IMG/VR virus record: IMGVR_UViG_3300009428_000011
Location: 1 to 53,852 of that record
Length of the DNA: 53,852 nucleotides
Strand: one strand, 5' to 3'
DNA from: a virus
Taxonomy: Duplodnaviria > Caudoviricetes
In this document: positions 8,150 to 16,624 of the stretch, one piece after another
How positions within the stretch are numbered: position 1 is the first letter of the stretch
How the letters are laid out: every line of letters starts with the position of its first letter
Translations under genes and position numbers: made by a program
The notes under the pieces: model-generated
Seen by the model: only the letters and a program-made list of their open reading frames with translations
The model's database searches: none
Told to the model about the DNA's origin: nothing

Positions 8150-9301
8150 ATGAAAAACATTCATGTATTCGCAGCAGAGCTGCCAAGTATTTCAGCTTTA
8201 GAAAGTAAGGTTGAGGAAGAACAAGGCGTTATTTTTACAACGCTAACAGATAACCAGTGGAGCAATTTGGGCTTTAAAGTAGATCGCCAATTTGTAGCAC
8301 TGGATAACGGTTACCGCATTGATTTCACCTATAGCGCTAAAGACTACCCTAAAGCACAAGTTTTAGAGCGCATTAATGAAGTGGCAGACACTTGGCCTCA
8401 CGAGCCTAGTAAAGAAGAAATGGGGAAAATAGCAGAGCAGGTTAACGCGGACTTTTGCGCTCGCTCAATAGTAAAAACAGTTAACTTCTCAGCCTTTTAT
8501 CACGAAAAAAAGCAAACGCTAATTTTTGATAGCAAAGCAGCATTAGCGCAACGTGCACTAGGTCTGCTTATAAAGCTGGTTGAATCAGTTGAAACCAAAA
8601 CACTTCACTGTAGCGGCATTTCCAATTCACTAACAACCAATATGCTTGATCAACTGAATAATTCAAATAGCGAATACGACACCAAGCTTTACTTTGCTGG
8701 CTTTGAGGTTGGCGACTTGTTGGTTATGCAAAATAAAGATAAAGACGTTGCACGTTTTAAAGGCGATTACCCTACCGAAAATATCAAAGAACTTATCGAG
8801 CAAGGTTACGAAATCAAAGAAATTGCTCTTTCAAAAGATGGGCTTTCATTCTACCTAAATCACAACTTCAAAATTAAAGGCGTAAAAGAGCTGTTTGAAG
8901 TTGAAGGAGCCATGTTCGATAACGCTGATGATTATGAAATACACAAACAAACAATCACTTTAGAGCTAATGACAAGTCATTGCGAGCAACTAAGAGCAGC
9001 GTTTGATAAGCAAAATAGTGACGAAGATCATCGAGCGCCATTAGATGACGAGCAAGACGATGGCAACGAATCACTACTAGCCGAACACAATGCAAAGCAT
9101 AAAGACAGCAACGGCAATGACGTGTTTTACAGCGATGCTGTTGATTTTGTTAAAGAGACTCAACGCGCATCTGTATCAGCCATTCAACGTAAATTGAGAA
9201 TAGGTTACAACCGCGCAGCAAGAATAATTGAGCAGCTTGAAGCTGACGGCATTGTAACCGCGCCAGGTCATAACGGCGCTAGAACAGTTTTAATTAAGTA
9301 A
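8150..9301 (+). CDS. RdgC-like recombination-associated protein fused to a C-terminal FtsK gamma (wHTH) domain
   Basis: The C-terminus [48 protein letters not shown] is a clear FtsK-gamma. The N-terminal ~290 aa resemble a divergent RdgC (less certain). Confidence 0.7.
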   Translation: MKNIHVFAAELPSISALESKVEEEQGVIFTTLTDNQWSNLGFKVDRQFVALDNGYRIDFTYSAKDYPKAQVLERINEVADTWPHEPSKEEMGKIAEQVNADFCARSIVKTVNFSAFYHEKKQTLIFDSKAALAQRALGLLIKLVESVETKTLHCSGISNSLTTNMLDQLNNSNSEYDTKLYFAGFEVGDLLVMQNKDKDVARFKGDYPTENIKELIEQGYEIKEIALSKDGLSFYLNHNFKIKGVKELFEVEGAMFDNADDYEIHKQTITLELMTSHCEQLRAAFDKQNSDEDHRAPLDDEQDDGNESLLAEHNAKHKDSNGNDVFYSDAVDFVKETQRASVSAIQRKLRIGYNRAARIIEQLEADGIVTAPGHNGARTVLIK

Positions 9302-9311
9302 GGGGTGAGCC

Positions 9312-9698
9312 ATGACCATAAAAACTTCAATTTTTGAGAGGTTAAGTCGCTTTCAAGTTAAAACTGGAAGTGGGTGTTGGTCTTGGTCTGGCTCAACGGA
9401 CGGAAAAGGATACGGCCAACTTTCAAGTCGCATGGGGTTTGGCAACTCACCTGAAAAAGCGCATAGAGTTAGCTATGAAAAAGAATTTGGAGAAATTCCA
9501 AGCGGCAAGGTTGTTTGCCATAAATGCGACAACCCTGAATGCACGAAACCTAGCCATCTGTTTTTAGGAACCCAAAAAGACAATATGTCTGACTGTTCCA
9601 AAAAAGGAAGGCTTAGTAAATTATCTTTAAACAACCTAGTCGCTGGCAAAAAAGGCTATAACGGCGCAGCAACAGAAATGAATAAGGTGCAAAAATGA
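9312..9698 (+). CDS. HNH endonuclease
   Basis: CWSWSG...GYG...AHRVSY...[24 protein letters not shown] motif. Confidence 0.9.
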   Translation: MTIKTSIFERLSRFQVKTGSGCWSWSGSTDGKGYGQLSSRMGFGNSPEKAHRVSYEKEFGEIPSGKVVCHKCDNPECTKPSHLFLGTQKDNMSDCSKKGRLSKLSLNNLVAGKKGYNGAATEMNKVQK

Positions 9699-10345
9699 GC
9701 AGAGGAATAAATAAAACGATTTTAGTGGGTAATTGTGGCGATGATCCAACTGTTCGCTACATGCCTAATGGCAATCCGGTAGCAAAAATCAGTCTTGCGA
9801 CTAGCGACAGCTACAAAGATAAAAACACAGGCCAAATGGTTGATAAAACCGAGTGGCACCGCGTTATTTTCTTTGGAAAATTAGCGGAAGTTGTGGGCGA
9901 ATACTGCCGAAAAGGTTCACAAATTTACGTTGAAGGTAAATTACAAACTCGTAAGTGGACCGACCAACAAAGCATTGAACGTTACACGACTGAAATTGTA
10001 GTCGATGGCTTTACAGGTCAAATGCAAATGCTTGGGCAAAGACAACAAGGTCAAGCTAACAACGCGCAAGGTGGTAACAGCCAAAGCAACCAAAGCACAC
10101 AAGGTAATAATTCTTACCAAAATAGTAATAATAATTACCAAGGCAACAACCAAGGTCAAAACAAACAGCAACAAGGTGGTTTTGCCCCAAAGCAGAATCA
10201 AGGTGTTAGCAATAGCCAATACATGAGCGGCGGTCAACAAGGCGGCGCATCTAACCCTATGGGTCCAGGTGCTAACTTTGATGACGACGATATTCCGTTC
10301 GCGCCAATCGGCTTGCAATACCCAGCACTCTTAATGTGCATGTAA
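9695..10345 (+). CDS. ssb: single-stranded DNA-binding protein
   Basis: [47 protein letters not shown] fold; Q/N/G linker; DDDIPF. Confidence 0.97.
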   Translation: MSRGINKTILVGNCGDDPTVRYMPNGNPVAKISLATSDSYKDKNTGQMVDKTEWHRVIFFGKLAEVVGEYCRKGSQIYVEGKLQTRKWTDQQSIERYTTEIVVDGFTGQMQMLGQRQQGQANNAQGGNSQSNQSTQGNNSYQNSNNNYQGNNQGQNKQQQGGFAPKQNQGVSNSQYMSGGQQGGASNPMGPGANFDDDDIPFAPIGLQYPALLMCM

Positions 10346-10355
10346 GGAGCGCCCC

Positions 10356-10984
10356 ATGTTTGAACAATTTAAAGACCAAAAATTTAACCTTATTTACTGC
10401 GATCCTGCTTGGCAGTTTGGCAATAAAAAAACAGGCGGAAGCATGACAAGCGGCGCGGCGCACCAATACAAGTCAACAATGAGCGTAGACGAGCTAAAAG
10501 CTATGCCTATTGATGATATTGCGGCGGACGATTGCATATTGGTTATGTGGTACGTAGGTTCAATGCCACAAGAAGCCCTGGACGTTGTTAAGGCATGGGG
10601 CTTTACGCTTAAAAATATGAATGGCTTTGTATGGAACAAGCTAACTGTAAATAACAACCCGTTTTTTGGTATGGGCTTTTGGACTCGCGCCGGTAGCGAG
10701 TCGGCCATTATCGCAATTAAGGGCAAGCCGAAAGTAGCAAGCCGTTCAGTGCGTGCAGTAGGCAATTATGACACCGAAAGCCTAGACGAAATATTAGGCC
10801 GTGGCGTATTTTCCGGCGCTTACCCTATCGGACAGCATAGCGAGAAGCCAAACGAGTTTAGAGAAGCGTGTGTTGATTTGGCCGGCGATGACCACGCATC
10901 GAGCTATTTTCTCGCAAGCGCGTTAAAGGCTGGGCTGTTTGGGGTAATGAAGTAGGCAAATTAAATAAAAGGAAAGCAGCATGA
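10356..10984 (+). pseudogene. MT-A70-family DNA (N6A/N4C) methyltransferase with a 1-bp frameshift near 10890
   Basis: DPAW motif and HSEKP are present. The conserved tail PRIELFSRKRVKGWAVWGNEV is in a different frame after ...GGC GAT G|A CCA CGC and ends at TGA 10982-10984, overlapping the next ATG. Confidence 0.8.
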
Positions 10985-12402
10985 GCTTATTAAAAAATGA
11001 AATAGTCGTTGATAATTTTGCTGGCGGTGGCGGTGCTTCAACTGGTATGGAGCTAGGCCTGAATACGCATGTTGATATAGCGATTAACCACGACCCAGCT
11101 GCAATTGATATGCACAAAATAAATCATCCAGAAACAAAACACTATTGCGAGTCTGTTTGGGATGTTGATCCTGTTGAAGCGTGTGCTGGTCGTCCTGTTG
11201 GATTGGCGTGGTTTAGCCCTGATTGCAAACATTTCAGCAAGGCAAAGGGAGGAACACCAGTAGAGAAAACTATTCGCGGCCTTGCTTGGGTAGTGGCTCG
11301 CTGGGCTGCGTTAGTGCCAATGCGTGTATTTATGCTAGAAAATGTTGAAGAATTTATGAGCTGGGGGCCACTTTTAGAAGTTTCGCCTGGTGTATTTAAA
11401 CCAGACCCAGATAGAAAAGGCGAAACCTATGCCGCTTTTATAAAATGCATGACTACTGGGTTAGTGAAAGGTCATACGGCGTGGCCTGAAATAAAAGAAG
11501 CACTTGGCGAAGACTTTCCATATCACAAACTTGAAAAAGGCTTAGGTTATAAAATTGAGCATAAAATTTTAACCGCTTGTGATTTTGGCGCACCAACAAG
11601 CAGAAAGCGCTTTTTTCTTGTTGGCCGTAACGATGGGCAAAGTATTAAATGGCCAAACCCAACACACGGCAAAGCGGGATCAGGTTTAAAACCATATCTC
11701 ACCGCCGCAGATATTATTGATTGGTCAATACCCGCAAAATCAATATTTAACCGGCCTAAGCCATTAGCAGAAAAAACAATGAAGCGTATAGCAAAAGGCA
11801 TTATGCGTTATGTAATAGATGCAAATGAACCTTTTTTAGTTTCAAGTGAGCATGTATTACCATTTATAACTGAACACGCCAACGCATCTAAGCAGCGCAA
11901 CATGAAAGCAGATGAGCCAATGAGAACAATATGCGCTCAGGTTAAAGGCGGTCATTTTGCGGTAGTAACAAGCCATATTATTAAAATGCGTGGTGATAAT
12001 GTTGGTCATGCAACTAACGAGCCTTTGCAAACAATATCAGCCGGTGGCAATCACTTTGGCGAAGTTCAAGCATTTTTAATCAAGTATTACGGCACTGGTA
12101 CAGCTCAATCAATTGAACAACCATTAGATACAGTTACAACCAAAGATAGATTTGGACTAGTCATTATCAATGGTGATAAATATCAAATTGCTGATATTAG
12201 AATGCGAATGTTTGAACCACACGAATTATTTGCAGCTATGGGCTTCCCTGCTGATTATAAAATCGCACTCGACTCAAATGGAAAAAAGAACACCAAGAAA
12301 AATCAAGTTGCACGTTGCGGTAATGCGGTTTGCCCCCCAATCGCTAAGGCTCTAGTGAAAGCCAACTTTGATCAAGTTGAAGCTATTGGCATTGCTGCCT
12401 AA
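10981..12402 (+). CDS. DNA cytosine-C5 methyltransferase (orphan)
   Basis: Motif I DNFAGGGG, IV SPDC, VI ENV, VIII R.RFF and X GNAV. Confidence 0.95.
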   Translation: MSLLKNEIVVDNFAGGGGASTGMELGLNTHVDIAINHDPAAIDMHKINHPETKHYCESVWDVDPVEACAGRPVGLAWFSPDCKHFSKAKGGTPVEKTIRGLAWVVARWAALVPMRVFMLENVEEFMSWGPLLEVSPGVFKPDPDRKGETYAAFIKCMTTGLVKGHTAWPEIKEALGEDFPYHKLEKGLGYKIEHKILTACDFGAPTSRKRFFLVGRNDGQSIKWPNPTHGKAGSGLKPYLTAADIIDWSIPAKSIFNRPKPLAEKTMKRIAKGIMRYVIDANEPFLVSSEHVLPFITEHANASKQRNMKADEPMRTICAQVKGGHFAVVTSHIIKMRGDNVGHATNEPLQTISAGGNHFGEVQAFLIKYYGTGTAQSIEQPLDTVTTKDRFGLVIINGDKYQIADIRMRMFEPHELFAAMGFPADYKIALDSNGKKNTKKNQVARCGNAVCPPIAKALVKANFDQVEAIGIAA

Positions 12403-12500
12403 TGAAACCACAAGTTAAACGCAGATCGCATACCTGGTATGCGCTAATCCCTAAGAAGGCAGTAAAGCCTGAGAATAAAGAAAGCAAGGTGAAACCATGA
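12402..12500 (+). CDS. 32-aa basic peptide (not in ORF track)
   Basis: MKPQVKRRSHTWYALIPKKAVKPENKESKVKP; coupled by TAATG upstream and ATGA downstream. Confidence 0.5.
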   Translation: MKPQVKRRSHTWYALIPKKAVKPENKESKVKP

Positions 12501-13123
12501 AAACTATACCAATGATATTTAACCAGCAAATGGTTGCAGCGCTAGCTGATGGCCGCAAGACTGTTACTCGTAGACCGCTAAGCAATCAGCCTATTAAGAA
12601 TGGTTCTTTTTGGGATTTCAAATGGGGCGCTGGTTCTTCACTTGATTATTTGCCGATAGTAGCAGGGCATGCAACTGCTAACGCGGCTCCTTTCAAAGTA
12701 GGTGATCTTATTTGGGTTCGTGAAACATTTTGTTTGGGCCGTCTTGATGAAGTTGACGCAGAGCATCCAGCAGATAGGACGTTATTTGTTGATCAAGGTT
12801 GCGGCGATGAATATTTCATACAAAAAGAATGGGCCGTTTCCAAGGGAGCTGACGAGCTAGATGAAGTTAAATGGAAGCCATCTATTCACATGCCAAGAAA
12901 AGCCAGCCGCTTAACATTGCGCGTTACAGACGTTCGCTGTGAAAGATTGCAGAAAATAGGCAGGCAGCAAGTTATCAAGGAAGGATTTAACGATTGGACG
13001 GGTTTTGCATTTGCATGGTCTTGTATTTATTCAAGTTCAGGAAAAGGATGGGATGAAAGCCCGTGGGTGTGGGTAATTGAGTTTGAAGTTATACACAAGA
13101 ACGTTGACGAGGTGACAGCATGA
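12497..13123 (+). CDS. ASCH/PUA-like phage protein
   Basis: MIFN..MV.A...GRKTVTRR, GDLIWVRETF, WKPSIHMPRKASRLTL and PWVWVIEF motifs. Confidence 0.75.
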   Translation: MKTIPMIFNQQMVAALADGRKTVTRRPLSNQPIKNGSFWDFKWGAGSSLDYLPIVAGHATANAAPFKVGDLIWVRETFCLGRLDEVDAEHPADRTLFVDQGCGDEYFIQKEWAVSKGADELDEVKWKPSIHMPRKASRLTLRVTDVRCERLQKIGRQQVIKEGFNDWTGFAFAWSCIYSSSGKGWDESPWVWVIEFEVIHKNVDEVTA

Positions 13124-13536
13124 ACAACGCAAAAATAAAAGCCCTAGCCTTACAGCATGGCTTTAAATTAAAAGAGCAAAAAGGCGGTGAAATGGATTTA
13201 AACGAATACGTTTATTCATTCGCCTGGGCTCTACTTCAAAGCGGTAAGCATAACGTATCGCATAAAGACTACTTGGCTGATTTGTTAAAGGATGCCGCTA
13301 ATTGTGTGCCGGAAAAAAGCGTAGGTTACCGTGTGACTATTTACGTTAATGATGTAAGCGCAGATGAACCACGTTTTCAGTGGGATTTTTTCAACGGTGT
13401 TGAGCGTAGCAATTTTGAGTGTCGCATACCGGACACACGCGAAGAATTAAACAAAGCCCTTAACAATGCCAAAGGCTGTATGAAGTCGGCTTGTTATAGA
13501 GCTATGAACCCTGATTATGCCAAAAAGTTAGCATAG
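13120..13536 (+). CDS. hypothetical protein
   Basis: 138 aa; ATGA overlap; GAGG RBS. Confidence 0.75.
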   Translation: MNNAKIKALALQHGFKLKEQKGGEMDLNEYVYSFAWALLQSGKHNVSHKDYLADLLKDAANCVPEKSVGYRVTIYVNDVSADEPRFQWDFFNGVERSNFECRIPDTREELNKALNNAKGCMKSACYRAMNPDYAKKLA

Positions 13537-13543
13537 GTGATTT

Positions 13544-13828
13544 ATGAGCAATTACACATGCAGAAAATGCAAAGCTAAGCTAAGAGCAAATGAAGCATAC
13601 GAATATCGAGGCGCTATTTCTTGTGAAGAACACTTTGATGAAGTTATTGAAATGCGCGACTTTGAGCGCAACCAAATAATTCAAGAAGAACACAGCAAAA
13701 CCAAGATCTTTAAAGGCCTTGATCTAACAGATAGCGTTATAGGTAAAGCAAACCAAGCGCTTTTAAAACCACGCATTGAAGTGGCTAGTAAAGAAAGCCA
13801 GCGTCTAAAAAATTATGAGGACAGATAA
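13544..13828 (+). CDS. hypothetical Zn-ribbon protein
   Basis: CRKC...CEEH; AGGTG RBS. Confidence 0.75.
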   Translation: MSNYTCRKCKAKLRANEAYEYRGAISCEEHFDEVIEMRDFERNQIIQEEHSKTKIFKGLDLTDSVIGKANQALLKPRIEVASKESQRLKNYEDR

Positions 13829-13829
13829 A

Positions 13830-14702
13830 ATGCAAGCATCACTACATTCAAGCGAGTTACTAACTAGCTTTATCCACTCTTACAATGAAGAACAGAAAGA
13901 AATTGAGCAACAAGAGCAAATCCACGCGATATACAAAGCTAACGTGCAAGATGAAATAGCTTTACTTAAATCTAAATTAGAAGCTGAAAAGCGTTTAACA
14001 ACTAAGTTGAAAGAAGATATTAATCAAAACAATATCGATCTTAACAAAGCAGCTAAAGCGGTGGAAAATGGTCTTGTCATTGCAAAAAAACAAACTGCGC
14101 TAAAAAAAGAAGTCGAATCGCTGGAAATTAAGAACGCCAGATTGCACGAACAACTTAAAACGGCACAAAAGAAAGTTGCCGAATTAAGCCAGCTCAACCC
14201 TAAAAAGCTAAAAGAGCAAAGCAAGCGCCAAAAAGAAGCAAACGAAAAAGCGCAAACACGCGCTAAAAAACTGGAGGTTGACAATAAGAAATATCGCAAT
14301 GAAAATCAAAAGCTTGAGATTGCTCTAGCTAAGGCTGTTAGCACTGCTGTCGAGCTAAGGAATGATCTAGATCGCAGTTGCGGCACTGGCCTTTACCACA
14401 ATGGCGAACACCATTTAACTATATGGCCACAAGCTATAAAAATAGAGCGTGAGGATGGCTCACACTTTGAAGGTCGCACACTTCTCTACTTACACCAAAG
14501 CGGTAGAGGTGGACTGATCGCGCAAGACTCAGATATGAACGCGCACTTATGTTCAGCACCAAAAGGCGGGTTAAGACCAAACAAAGCAACACTTGAGTTT
14601 GCTAGCAATTGGCTAACGCAAGTAAACACAGTGCAAAGCGGCAATATAACAGATGCAGATATGCTACCAGTTAATTTCAACTCTCAAGAAGGTGATTTAT
14701 GA
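13830..14702 (+). CDS. coiled-coil hypothetical protein
   Basis: Long heptad region followed by a globular C-terminus. ATG 13830 follows GAGGA (track start 13815). Confidence 0.75.
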   Translation: MQASLHSSELLTSFIHSYNEEQKEIEQQEQIHAIYKANVQDEIALLKSKLEAEKRLTTKLKEDINQNNIDLNKAAKAVENGLVIAKKQTALKKEVESLEIKNARLHEQLKTAQKKVAELSQLNPKKLKEQSKRQKEANEKAQTRAKKLEVDNKKYRNENQKLEIALAKAVSTAVELRNDLDRSCGTGLYHNGEHHLTIWPQAIKIEREDGSHFEGRTLLYLHQSGRGGLIAQDSDMNAHLCSAPKGGLRPNKATLEFASNWLTQVNTVQSGNITDADMLPVNFNSQEGDL

Positions 14703-14902
14703 GTTTACCAACAAGCCAGTACCTAGCAACAAAAGACGTAGCCGCGCTGTTCGGTGTTAAATCTAAAACTATTTTAGAATGGGAAAAAGACGGGAAGTTC
14801 CCGCCGGCAACAATCATTGGAAAGCCTAAGCGCTGGGACACTGAAATAGTTGATAAGCACCGCCAATCGCTTAGAGAACAGGCTACCCGCCTTTCAGCAT
14901 GA
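14699..14902 (+). CDS. xis: excisionase/AlpA-type recombination directionality factor
   Basis: YLATKDVAALFGVKSKTILEWEKDGKFPP...RW wHTH; last PL-operon gene, convergent on int. Confidence 0.8.
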   Translation: MSLPTSQYLATKDVAALFGVKSKTILEWEKDGKFPPATIIGKPKRWDTEIVDKHRQSLREQATRLSA

Positions 14903-16082
14903 TAACCCAACGGTTAACCCACTCAGTTAATCCTTCTAACATTGGCGATTTGTTATATATCGCCAATACCCCTTTCATCTTATGCCCTAGTAGCTTCTCA
15001 GTGAACTGCAAAGGGCATCCCGCATCTGTTAAGTGTGTTGATATAGTCCGCCTTAAATCGTGCATTCTGAACGGTGAAACGCCTTCAATAGACTCGTAAC
15101 AAGGTTTAGATATTTGACTCACGCTTGAGCCGCTAGCGGGATGATCACCATCGCGGTTAGGAAACATATAAACGAACGCCGGCGATTGCGCTTTTAAATA
15201 TTCTAGGTCTTTAATAAGATCATCCGGTATGGGCCTAATAATAGAGTGCAAAGCCCCCTTTGTATTTTCTCTTTGTGTTGTAAAAAGTTTATTGTCTAAA
15301 TCAAAGTCTGTTTTTTTCGCGCTGCATAGCTCGCTTATGCGACAACCAAACACCATTGCACAACGTAAAAGAACTTTATTTCTATCAGTTATATTTAGTA
15401 AATCTATGTTTGACCAAATCAACTGGCATTCTTTAAGTGATAAAAAGTGCTCACGCGAAGCATAATCGCTAGCGAAGTCGCTTGGTCTTAATGCTTCAAA
15501 TTGCGAGTTATTAATAAAGCCCTGACGAATGCAAAAACGAAATATCGATCTAATCTCAATAATCGCAGTAAAAGCAAAGCCCTTACCTCTACCCTTTTCG
15601 ATTGATACATCACTCATCGACTTAAAGAACGCTGTAAAATGCGTTTTATCCATTAGTGATACATATTGATTGCCCCAAGTGTCATTTATACATGATCTTA
15701 TTCTTGTGCTTATACCTTCAGGATTATCTCGCTTAGGCAGGCAATAGTTTTCAAACCAATAATCAAAGCAATTATAAATAGTTGGGTTTTCGATAAATTC
15801 AGCTTCAACCGATTTTATTGCCGCCATGTTTCTAGGATCTAAATTTTTATCTACTAACGACATTTGTGCTGCGCATTCTTCGCGTGCTTGTGCAAGTGTC
15901 ATTGCTGGGTAGGTGCCTAATTTATACCTAACTTGCTTACCGTTAATTCGATAGCGTATTTGAAATGAGATCTTTCCCCTTGGGGAGATCCTAAGCGATA
16001 GGTTATCGCCGTCCGTTATTTCAGGCTTACCGGTATACTCTTTACCGTTTAAGCTCTTTAGTTTAGCTGCTGTAATGTTCAT
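14883..16082 (-). CDS. int: tyrosine integrase with N-terminal arm-binding domain
   Basis: ITDGDNLSLRISPRGKISFQIRYR..LGTYPAMTLAQARE arm domain; catalytic GCRISE, HDLRRT, LGH and Y. Start at ATG 16082 after GGAG. Confidence 0.97.
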   Translation of the reverse strand: MNITAAKLKSLNGKEYTGKPEITDGDNLSLRISPRGKISFQIRYRINGKQVRYKLGTYPAMTLAQAREECAAQMSLVDKNLDPRNMAAIKSVEAEFIENPTIYNCFDYWFENYCLPKRDNPEGISTRIRSCINDTWGNQYVSLMDKTHFTAFFKSMSDVSIEKGRGKGFAFTAIIEIRSIFRFCIRQGFINNSQFEALRPSDFASDYASREHFLSLKECQLIWSNIDLLNITDRNKVLLRCAMVFGCRISELCSAKKTDFDLDNKLFTTQRENTKGALHSIIRPIPDDLIKDLEYLKAQSPAFVYMFPNRDGDHPASGSSVSQISKPCYESIEGVSPFRMHDLRRTISTHLTDAGCPLQFTEKLLGHKMKGVLAIYNKSPMLEGLTEWVNRWVIMLKGG

Positions 16083-16096
16083 TGAGGCTCCGACTC

Positions 16097-16412
16097 TGAG
16101 TACCAAATGTGACCAAAAAAAGGGTCAACTTTAAAATGGTACACAACTTAGGACACAAAAGTCACCAATAATAGCGGCTTACAAAGGTTGTTAGCGGTAG
16201 ATAGAGGACATTGAAAGCGGTGTAAGTTGTTGTTTTTTAGATAATAAAGGTCGTTATAGGAGGATAAAAATATATAGCGGAATATGACTAAAGGCAATGA
16301 ATCATTAAGTTTAGTATCTTGCCTGCGTCGGTGCCAAACTCATGTTTTGTAATGTTTTTTTCTTCTGTCATAACGTTGCCTTTTAAGCTTTTGGTACACA
16401 CTTTGGTACTCA
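16097..16412. other. attP: arm-type Int sites flanking a core near 16290-16315
   Basis: TGGTAC(A/T)CA-type repeats at 16097-16105 (inverted), 16108-16115 (inverted, degenerate), 16137-16145, 16149-16157 (degenerate), 16392-16400 and 16404-16412, in the non-coding gap next to int. Confidence 0.75.
16288..16371 (-). CDS. 27-codon HtpG (Hsp90) N-terminus-like ORF; replacement 5' end for the integration target gene
   Basis: MTEEKNITKHEFGTDAGKILNLMIHCL* with AAGG RBS. It aligns with the HtpG start (F...+..+L.LMIHSLYSNKEIFLRE) and diverges right after LMIH. Confidence 0.75.
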   Translation of the reverse strand: MTEEKNITKHEFGTDAGKILNLMIHCL

Positions 16413-16454
16413 TTCAAATTTTACATCGAATGCGGACCAACTAACATGAGTAGA

Positions 16455-16485
16455 ATATTGTGCTACTTGGTGGACAATTCAAGGG
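16455..16485 (-). promoter_or_regulatory. sigma32-like heat-shock promoter for the HtpG-like ORF
   Basis: CCCTTGAA(16485-16478)-15bp-CACAATAT(16462-16455) versus consensus CTTGAA-N13-15-CCCCATNT. The -10 box has two mismatches. Confidence 0.5.
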
Positions 16486-16593
16486 CAAGTTATAAATTTC
16501 TCGTAGACTTAACGACTCGCCTACTATAACTTAATTACGCGATATTAATACAGGTAGTTTTTATATTGCTGGTTGACGACTCGATACTCTGTT

Positions 16594-16619
16594 AAAAGCC
16601 CTCTTAATTGAGGGCTTTT
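16594..16619. terminator. bidirectional intrinsic terminator after ant
   Basis: AAAAGCCCTC-TTAATT-GAGGGCTTTT. Confidence 0.85.
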
Positions 16620-16624
16620 GGTTG

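Noticed and set aside
10356-12402. Restriction-modification system with the upstream HNH as the restriction enzyme
   Set aside because: The HNH is a typical free-standing phage HNH separated from the MTases by ssb. The MTases look like orphan phage enzymes.
14677-15465. ORFs 14677..14910(-), 14899..15099(+) and 15229..15465(+)
   Set aside because: Shadows of xis and int with no independent coding signals.
16083-16624. tRNA/tmRNA fragment as att core
   Set aside because: No T-arm/CCA-like sequence was recognised. The HtpG-like reading frame explains the site better.
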